Virus record (IMG/VR): IMGVR_UViG_3300046170_000391
Reading direction: 5' to 3' (one strand)
Length of the DNA stretch: 64,000 nucleotides
Source: a virus
This document shows, one piece after another, positions 56,881 to 64,000 of the stretch. The notes under the pieces were generated by a model. It saw only the letters and a list, made by a program, of their open reading frames with translations. It did not search any database and was not told the DNA's origin. A program made the translations under genes and the position numbers. Position 1 is the stretch's first letter; each line of letters begins with the position of its first letter.

Positions 56881-57509
56881 TGTATAAAACTTATATTCTA
56901 GGGAATGGCGGATACGCTCAAGAATGCTTTGAACAATTTGTACTAGGCAGAGTTATAGAAGATTTCGGGGGATTTATTATCCTAAAAGAAGGTAAAGCAG
57001 TTCTTATTAACGATGAAGGTATAAATAATTTTACTTACCCTAAAGAATCTGCATTTATGCTAGGGACTGGGCACCGTAAGTGGCGTAAAGTATTTTTAGA
57101 TCATTTATTTGGTTATTATGAACAGAATATTAATCATTTTCCAAATATGATAGCTAATGAAGCACACTTATCACAAACTTCTACTCTAGGTATAGGTAAT
57201 GTACTTAATTGCTTTGCTATGACAAATGCTAATGCTAATATCGGAGATTTTAATCTTTTAAACTGTTATGCATCAGTTCATCATGACGTAACGATGGGAA
57301 GTCACAATATATTTACAACGTATGCTACCGTGCTAGGGTATTGTACAGTAGGAGATGATAACTGGTTTGGTAATGCAGTTACAGTAACATCAAAAACAAA
57401 TATCGGTAATGATAATACACTTAGTTCTGGCGAACATCTTTTTGAAGATATGAGCACTCGTCAATTCTTTAAACACGGTATTGTTACAGAGAAACCTATA
57501 AAACAATGA
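56880..57509 (+). CDS. NeuD/PglD-like hexapeptide acetyltransferase
   Basis: GNGGYA, LbetaH repeats, VHHD. Confidence 0.82.
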   Translation: MYKTYILGNGGYAQECFEQFVLGRVIEDFGGFIILKEGKAVLINDEGINNFTYPKESAFMLGTGHRKWRKVFLDHLFGYYEQNINHFPNMIANEAHLSQTSTLGIGNVLNCFAMTNANANIGDFNLLNCYASVHHDVTMGSHNIFTTYATVLGYCTVGDDNWFGNAVTVTSKTNIGNDNTLSSGEHLFEDMSTRQFFKHGIVTEKPIKQ

Positions 57510-58276
57510 TTATTTTTTTTAGAAGCTGTGAAGCAAACTTAAAAGCTGGATCTCTTGGAGACGAAGTTACGGGTGATGGTATTCGCTGGAATGGTAAACA
57601 TAAATTAGAAATTATTCGTAAATGTTATCTTTCAATTCAATCTAGCTTAGATGAGCGTGATTTAATCGTAGTAATTGATGATAGAACGACTAAAGATACC
57701 CTTAACTGGATGAGAGACAACACTAAAGCCCAATTTAGGGTACACCCCATTACCCCCTTACCTGAACTAAGAGCAAAAGATCCTTATCCTAATTATCATC
57801 CTGTTATGGCTAATTCATGTCCAGAAATCATGGAACATTTAGTGAGTGTTTCAGAAGAAAATCCTGATGAAATTATATACATCTGTGAGGACGATTATCT
57901 TCATCTACCTCAAGCAATACTTGCAATGAAAGCTTTATTTGGTCAAGGATATAGTGGGTTTTATGCCCCACAAGATTATCCTGATAGATATACCTTAGAC
58001 TCTAGTAGGGTATGTGAAGTACATGTGGGGCCTTATGGGCATCTAAGATCAATTCCAAGCTCAACACTTACTATCGCAGCAAAGGGCACTACTTGGCTTC
58101 AGTATAAGTATGAAATACTCAGAGCAGGAGCTTTTGCAGATGATACATGGACTTGGAAAGCTTTTAAACAAGTTGGCTGTCTATGTCCCCTACCAGGCCA
58201 CTCTACTCACCTACAAGAAGGGTGTATTAGCCCTTGTATAAACTGGGAACAAGTATATGAAGGCATTAGTTTATAA
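57506..58276 (+). CDS. GT-A fold glycosyltransferase-like protein
   Basis: IDD, YICEDDYLH, DYPDRY, STH. Confidence 0.65.
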   Translation: MIIFFRSCEANLKAGSLGDEVTGDGIRWNGKHKLEIIRKCYLSIQSSLDERDLIVVIDDRTTKDTLNWMRDNTKAQFRVHPITPLPELRAKDPYPNYHPVMANSCPEIMEHLVSVSEENPDEIIYICEDDYLHLPQAILAMKALFGQGYSGFYAPQDYPDRYTLDSSRVCEVHVGPYGHLRSIPSSTLTIAAKGTTWLQYKYEILRAGAFADDTWTWKAFKQVGCLCPLPGHSTHLQEGCISPCINWEQVYEGISL

Positions 58277-58279
58277 TAT

Positions 58280-59260
58280 ATGAAATTTATACTTAGAAAA
58301 GACATAAAAATAGATCTTTTTGAGAGGCATCTTAGAAAGGCTAGAGCAAGTAATCAATTTTCTAATTACGGAGCTGCGGTACAAGACCTAGAATTAAAAG
58401 CTCGTGAAATGCTTAAAATTGATGATTCAAAAGCTATAATAGCTGTGAATAACGGCTCTTCATGTGTTACTACTATAGTATACGCTTTTCAGAGGGCTTT
58501 TGGTAATCATCTTAACGTGCTCACTCAAGATTTTACATTTCCCTCTAATGCACAAATCGGGGCAAGCGGCGCTCAAAAAACAGATTTTACAGACGCTTTA
58601 GATATACATTTGGACTTTCCTTATTGGGATCAAATAAAAATAGTAATTGTAACTAACATATTTGGTCACTTGCAAGACTTAAACATGATAATTAATAAAT
58701 GTAATGATTCAGATAAACTATTAATATTTGATAACGCGGCCACTCCATATTCTTTTTATGAAGGAACTAATTCGTGTAATTTAGGAACAGCTTCTTATAT
58801 TTCTCTTCACCATACTAAGCCTCTTGGTTTCGGAGAAGGAGGGTTAGTAATAATCAATAAAGAATACGAGAAAGAGGCTAGGGCAGTTATAAATTTCGGT
58901 CCGACCGAGGGCAATGAGTTTAATGAAAGAGGTAGCAATTTTAAAATGAGTGAGATTGCGGCAGCGGGAATTCTTCAGTGGTGGGATCAATTCGATATTG
59001 AAGACCTAAAAGAAAAATTCCTTAATAATTACTTTAAGAAACGTTATGAGTTAGCAAATCAAAAAGGTATTTTTTATCCAAATAAAGGAGATGATAACTT
59101 TTTTCCTTCATGTTTACCTTTTATCCACGATAATCCTACAGAAGCAAACAAAGACAATGAAGAATTTAAGTATTATAAGCCCTTAGTGGGTTTGCAAAAT
59201 TCTAAACTTGTGTATGAAAACATTATCTGTTATGGGCTAACTGAGGATTGGTATGTATAA
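58280..59260 (+). CDS. DegT-family sugar aminotransferase
   Basis: FSNYG, FTFPS, DNAA, SLHHTKPLGFGEGG, NFKMSE. Confidence 0.85.
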   Translation: MKFILRKDIKIDLFERHLRKARASNQFSNYGAAVQDLELKAREMLKIDDSKAIIAVNNGSSCVTTIVYAFQRAFGNHLNVLTQDFTFPSNAQIGASGAQKTDFTDALDIHLDFPYWDQIKIVIVTNIFGHLQDLNMIINKCNDSDKLLIFDNAATPYSFYEGTNSCNLGTASYISLHHTKPLGFGEGGLVIINKEYEKEARAVINFGPTEGNEFNERGSNFKMSEIAAAGILQWWDQFDIEDLKEKFLNNYFKKRYELANQKGIFYPNKGDDNFFPSCLPFIHDNPTEANKDNEEFKYYKPLVGLQNSKLVYENIICYGLTEDWYV

Positions 59261-60230
59261 TAAATCAGCAGTAGTTACTGGATGTCTTAGCTTTATTGGG
59301 GTAGCGTTGACCGAAAAATTACTTCGCGAAGATTGGCAAGTATATGGTATAGATAAATTAACTTATGTAGCTAACACTAAATTAATTTCGTATTTTAAAA
59401 CAACTTACAAAGATAACTTTACTTTGGTCTCGGAAGATATTAAAGATGTTAAATGGCTACCTGCTTGTGATGTAGTTTTTAATATTGCAGCAGAATCAGA
59501 TGTTGATAATGGTAATAAAGATTGTTCTCAGTTTATTAGTTCAAATATTGAGGGTGTACGAAACTTACTAAGTCTTATTAATTCAAGAATTATTACTAAA
59601 GCAGATAAACCTTTATTTTTTCAAATGTCTACAGATGAAGTTTATGGAGATCTTGAAGAAGGAGTTTTTGACGAAAATGCACCTCTTAGACCATCTAATC
59701 CTTATGCCGCTACAAAAGCAAGTGCTGACCTACTTATCCAAAGCTGGGCACGTACTCACGGGTTAGAGTACCTTATAGCTAGACCTTCAAATAACTACGG
59801 ATACTATCAGTATCCAGAAAAATTAATTCCTTTAGCAGTAAAACAGTTATCAAGGGGTAAGAAAATAAAACTTCACAATGAAGGAAAACCTATTAGAAGT
59901 TGGACGCACTCAGAAGATACAGCAGAAGCAATCCTAACATTATATGACAACGCTGATAGAAATAAAGTTTATAATATTTCATCAGAATATGAGCAAACAA
60001 ATCTCGATACTGTTAAAAAAATCATAAACTCTTACTTTTTAGGAACTATAAGTAGAGAGGTGCCCAATTATACTAGTCATATAGATCTGGAGTACTCAAG
60101 GCCAGGGCAAGACGTGAGATATGCAATTTCTTGTAATCCTTTAAAAGAATTACAATGGAGACCTAAAAAAGAATTTAATCAAGAGATAGTAAAGTTAGTG
60201 GAAAATTATAAGAAAGGATGGACATGGTAA
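59253..60230 (+). CDS. rmlB: dTDP-glucose 4,6-dehydratase
   Basis: DKLTY, AAESDVD, STDEVYG, YAATKAS, NNYG.YQYPEKLIP, RPGQDVRYA. Confidence 0.9.
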   Translation: MYNKSAVVTGCLSFIGVALTEKLLREDWQVYGIDKLTYVANTKLISYFKTTYKDNFTLVSEDIKDVKWLPACDVVFNIAAESDVDNGNKDCSQFISSNIEGVRNLLSLINSRIITKADKPLFFQMSTDEVYGDLEEGVFDENAPLRPSNPYAATKASADLLIQSWARTHGLEYLIARPSNNYGYYQYPEKLIPLAVKQLSRGKKIKLHNEGKPIRSWTHSEDTAEAILTLYDNADRNKVYNISSEYEQTNLDTVKKIINSYFLGTISREVPNYTSHIDLEYSRPGQDVRYAISCNPLKELQWRPKKEFNQEIVKLVENYKKGWTW

Positions 60231-61231
60231 TGAGAGTATTTATTACAGGGATAGGAGGATTACTAGGTAGTAACTTAGCTAATTTCTTAATTGGACAAGG
60301 GCATGAAGTAGCGGGTATAGATAATATGATAGGGGGAGTAGATGATAATATTCCTATCGGGGCTAAATTTCATGAAGGTGATATTACAGACACAAAGTTG
60401 ATGAAAGAGATAACTGAAGGGTATGAAGTAATTTTTCATGCAGCTGCTCTCCCATACGAGGGTTTGAGTGTTTTCTCCCCAGCAGTGACAGTAAATTCAA
60501 TTGTTTCGGGAACTGTGTCAGTAGCTTCGGCAGCTCTGCACAACAAAGTAAGATTATTAATAAACTGCTCTTCTATGGCTCGATACGGAGATCAAATACC
60601 CCCGTTTACAGAAGATATGCCTACTAAGCCTGTTGATCCTTATGGACTTGCTAAAGTACAGGCTGAAGAACATTTAGAAATGTTGAGTAATATACATGGA
60701 CTAAACTATATTACTGTAGTTCCTCATAATGTTATTGGGGTAGGTCAAAGATATTATGACCCTTTTAGAAATGTGATGGGAATTATGATTAGTCGCTGCT
60801 TACAGGGTAAACCTTTAGTGATTTATGGGGATGGAGAACAACAAAGATCATTTTCTAATGTAAGTGATTGTATAAAAGCTGTTTATCAAATAATGATAAC
60901 AGATAGAGATATTTGTGGACAAGTTTATAATATCGGGCCAGATGATAATGAGATATCTATTAAACAACTTGCGTATAAAGTAGGACATCATTGCGAGAAA
61001 TACCCGTCTTTAGAGCATTACCCAGATAGGCCCCAAGAAGTAAAAAATGCTTTTTGTTCTTCAGATAAGATAAGAAAAGACTTTAACTATAATGCAGCAG
61101 TTAAATTAGACACTACTATAATTGATATGGTTTCGTGGATTAAACCACGACTCCGTGAGTTTGAGTATCATCTAGAATTAGAATTTATTACAGATAAAAC
61201 ACCTAAAACATGGACAGATAAGTTGATATAA
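60218..61231 (+). CDS. NAD-dependent nucleotide-sugar epimerase
   Basis: GIGGLLG, SSMARYG, YGLAK, YGDGEQQRSF. Confidence 0.88.
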   Translation: MDMVMRVFITGIGGLLGSNLANFLIGQGHEVAGIDNMIGGVDDNIPIGAKFHEGDITDTKLMKEITEGYEVIFHAAALPYEGLSVFSPAVTVNSIVSGTVSVASAALHNKVRLLINCSSMARYGDQIPPFTEDMPTKPVDPYGLAKVQAEEHLEMLSNIHGLNYITVVPHNVIGVGQRYYDPFRNVMGIMISRCLQGKPLVIYGDGEQQRSFSNVSDCIKAVYQIMITDRDICGQVYNIGPDDNEISIKQLAYKVGHHCEKYPSLEHYPDRPQEVKNAFCSSDKIRKDFNYNAAVKLDTTIIDMVSWIKPRLREFEYHLELEFITDKTPKTWTDKLI

Positions 61232-61232
61232 A

Positions 61233-61409
61233 ATGAAAAATAGACCAGGAAGTGTAGAACTCAATTTATTATACGCTCTTCAATGGGAGCAATACGATTT
61301 TCATGTGTCCGATCATAAAAAAAAATGGGATTTATCAGAGGAAGAAGCAAGAGCAGTTAACAAATGGATTTCAGCACGAATAAAGGATATCAAAGATAGA
61401 TGTCTGTAA
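61233..61409 (+). CDS. 58-aa hypothetical protein (not in ORF track)
   Basis: Fills the gap in the operon exactly. Confidence 0.45.
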   Translation: MKNRPGSVELNLLYALQWEQYDFHVSDHKKKWDLSEEEARAVNKWISARIKDIKDRCL

Positions 61410-62140
61410 AAATAATAACTCCATATGTATTTGAGAATGAAATAAAAAAACACAAAGAAACCTTCTGGGAATATGATATTTATTATGAGCAGGATATTGC
61501 TGGTATAGGTTGCGATTTGATGTTTCAAAAAATGTGGAATCGTTTTCCTGATGATGACATATTTATTTTACACGCAGACATGGATCTTCACCATGATGGG
61601 TGGTTTGAGGAGGTGCTAGAGTATGTCGAAAAGTACCCAGAAGCAGGAATGTTTGGTTGTTTGTTATTGTACCCAGCAAAAAACGAGAGTAGCAAATATT
61701 TCATACAGTGTGCAGGAGGAAAATTCACTGACAATAGACCAGATCACTTCGGAAGTGGGCTCATACTTGAAAACGGGCAAACTTTCAAACAAGAGTTGGA
61801 AATTGATAAGGGACAATACGATACCACGCGATCCGTCGCCTGGACAACATTTGGAGGTTGTTACCTCAGAAGGGAATTTTTGGATTCCGTGGGCAACTTT
61901 GACACCACCTTTGAATGGACGTACAACAGAGATGTCGATTACTGCTTGTCTGGAAGAAAAAATGGTTTCAGCATCTATCAGATTCCTGTACGACTCTTCC
62001 ATCATGAATCAAGGGATACTAAAAGAATAAAAGATAAAAGTAAAGCAGCTATGGAGATGAGAAACCTTGAACGTTTACAGACGAAATGGGCAAACTCAAA
62101 ATTTTACAAAACGCTGGACAAGGAGATAAAAAGTGAGTAA
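61400..62140 (+). CDS. glycosyltransferase family 2
   Basis: LHAD, GNFD, DVDYC, HHES. Confidence 0.8.
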   Translation: MSVKIITPYVFENEIKKHKETFWEYDIYYEQDIAGIGCDLMFQKMWNRFPDDDIFILHADMDLHHDGWFEEVLEYVEKYPEAGMFGCLLLYPAKNESSKYFIQCAGGKFTDNRPDHFGSGLILENGQTFKQELEIDKGQYDTTRSVAWTTFGGCYLRREFLDSVGNFDTTFEWTYNRDVDYCLSGRKNGFSIYQIPVRLFHHESRDTKRIKDKSKAAMEMRNLERLQTKWANSKFYKTLDKEIKSE

Positions 62141-62356
62141 AGTATTCATAAGTAAAAAAGAATTAGAAGAAGCGGTATTACGCAAGAAAAATAAAATGAC
62201 TCCTTTCCTATTTATTTTTGTGTGGTTTTATGCAATAGTATGTTTAGTAACTTTGCTACCTGTAGCATTTATATGGTGTGCATTTACTTTAGCAGTTATT
62301 CTTGCGTATTTACCGTTTTACTTCATTGATAAAATTTTGTTTGAAAAGGAATAAAT

Positions 62357-63097
62357 ATGAGTAAACTAAATCACGCCTGGGTAAAGGCATCTTTAGAGCA
62401 GTCAGATAACGAAAGATCAAAGATATCAGAGAGAGAAAGAGAACTACACGGATTATCCTCTACACGCCTGAAATGTCTTATTAATAATCTCTGCGCAGCA
62501 GAAAAAACAAACTATTTAGAAATTGGGGTATACAAAGGATCTACCATTATATCGGCGGTTATGGGTAACGAAGTAAAAGCTATAGGTGTTGATAATTTTA
62601 TGTACGACGAGAGAGAGCCTAGAAAGTGGGCCCCGGAAGGTGATATTTGGTACAATGTAAAATCTCAAATGGAGGCAAATATCAAACGATATGATCTCCA
62701 TCCAGAAACCAAAATTCCAGGAGCAATAACTCTCATTGAAAAACCTTTTGAGGAAGTAGATTGGGTCAAGCAGCCTAAGTTTAACGTATGTTTATTTGAT
62801 ATCTCTCCTATAAATCAAAAAGTCTATGATGATTTTTTTGAAAAAGTTATAGTGTCCTTAGCACAAGAATGTGTCGTAGTATTTACCGGACAATCAAATG
62901 CTCAACATGCAGAAGAGCTTAATAAAAGTTTACTTCGCCACCAAGACAAGTTAGACATTCAGTATAGTGAACTAAGAATATCTGGAGGATTAGCTGACGC
63001 TACTAGATACTACAGCGGAATCAGAGTTATCGGCATTAAGAAAAAATCAGGGTCATTTATCAAAAAACCTGTAGCAAATACCACCCCTAAGAACTAA
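62357..63097 (+). CDS. class I SAM methyltransferase (Methyltransf_24-like)
   Basis: YLEIGVYKGST, GVDNF. Confidence 0.75.
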   Translation: MSKLNHAWVKASLEQSDNERSKISERERELHGLSSTRLKCLINNLCAAEKTNYLEIGVYKGSTIISAVMGNEVKAIGVDNFMYDEREPRKWAPEGDIWYNVKSQMEANIKRYDLHPETKIPGAITLIEKPFEEVDWVKQPKFNVCLFDISPINQKVYDDFFEKVIVSLAQECVVVFTGQSNAQHAEELNKSLLRHQDKLDIQYSELRISGGLADATRYYSGIRVIGIKKKSGSFIKKPVANTTPKN

Positions 63098-63106
63098 GAG
63101 GAATTA

Positions 63107-63955
63107 ATGTTAAAAAAATCTGTAATTAGTTTAATTAGTTACGACGCTAATAGGTTTCTAGCTAATAGCATTAAAACATATTATAACTATGTTGATGAGA
63201 TTATTTTAGGTCTCGATAAAAATAGAGTAACATGGAGTGGGAATCCCTTCTCTCTTGACGAAGAAACATTATGGTCAGACCTTCAAGCTATTGATGGAGA
63301 CAGTAAAATATCAATTATTGAAGAAGATTTTAAAAAATCTGATGTACCAATTGAGAATGATAATTTTGAAAGAAATTTTCTAAAAGAACAATGCTCAAAT
63401 GACTGGATCTTTTCGTTTGATGCAGATGAAGAATTACTTAATGCAAAAGAATTTTTTTATGACTACTGCCCTATTCTTGAGAAATACTATAACAAGGTAG
63501 ATATTCTTATGACTTGGTGTACTCCTTACAAAGAAATAGTAAATGATGAAGGAGAGTCTTATACTTTGATGATTGCTAATGACGATAGTTCACCATTTTT
63601 TGGAGAAAACCAAGGAGTAGTGACTTCTAAAGATAGTACATTTACTTATGCTAGATGGACCGACAAAAGTGCGCAAGGAACTAATAGAGTAACTTCTCCT
63701 CTAGTTTCTTTACATTGGAGCTTATGTAGACCTTCTGATGAACTACACGAGAAAATTCATAATATAGGTCATTCAGATATAGTAGAAAACGATCCATTTT
63801 TTCAAATATGGAAAGATGTTACGTGGGATAATTATCATGAGTTGAGAAACTTTAAAACATCAGGACTAGGATCTGCGCAATGGCCTAAATTAGAGGCTGT
63901 TCCTACACAGCACGTAAAAAATTACGTTAATCAATATTTAGCAGGAGCATACTAA
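63107..63955 (+). CDS. glycosyltransferase family 2-like protein
   Basis: VDEIILG, ERN, DWIFSFDADE, HWS. Confidence 0.7.
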   Translation: MLKKSVISLISYDANRFLANSIKTYYNYVDEIILGLDKNRVTWSGNPFSLDEETLWSDLQAIDGDSKISIIEEDFKKSDVPIENDNFERNFLKEQCSNDWIFSFDADEELLNAKEFFYDYCPILEKYYNKVDILMTWCTPYKEIVNDEGESYTLMIANDDSSPFFGENQGVVTSKDSTFTYARWTDKSAQGTNRVTSPLVSLHWSLCRPSDELHEKIHNIGHSDIVENDPFFQIWKDVTWDNYHELRNFKTSGLGSAQWPKLEAVPTQHVKNYVNQYLAGAY

Positions 63956-64000
63956 TATGATAATTGAGATTATTGGTAAATTTTTCGATAACCACTCGTT

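Noticed and set aside
1030-62701. Numerous 60-135 aa ORFs antisense or out of frame within longer genes (e.g. 3046, 20262, 29767, 33192, 61623)
   Set aside because: Fully nested in well-supported genes, with no SD or recognisable motifs.

Overview
AT-rich (roughly one-third GC), gene-dense segment of a large lytic bacteriophage genome, probably marine. No capsid, terminase or polymerase gene is recognisable in this window. Genes run almost entirely on the minus strand up to ~51.3 kb and on the plus strand after that. An alphaproteobacterial host is inferred from a permuted two-piece tmRNA (GGCAGUA T-loop, tag ANDNFAIEDYRIAA), a ROSE-type thermometer on hsp20 and a GapR/DsbA-like gene. Contents: an operon with seven paralogous HxD..H Fe(II)/2OG-type dioxygenases plus a PP-loop ATPase, SDRs and a methyltransferase-like gene; Fpr, MazG-like and HAD genes; three ordinary tRNAs; a doubly frameshifted hsp20; repair genes (Fpg/Nei, UvsE); two radical SAM/SPASM proteins; lysis genes (T4-type lysozyme, overlapping spanins, SleB hydrolase); a Pho-box-controlled PiT-like transporter; bS21; and a large amino-sugar/glycosyltransferase region. 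The two most striking observations are: (1) an apparently self-contained unit encoding a class IIb aaRS catalytic core with no anticodon-binding domain, followed 5 nt later by a chimeric tRNA (Leu-type body with long variable arm, Asn anticodon GUU, U37, G73), a candidate dedicated synthetase/tRNA system; and (2) a 71-aa gene inserted, between 7-nt direct repeats, into the excised intervening segment of the permuted tmRNA. All product calls come from motif recognition by eye; no database searches were run.
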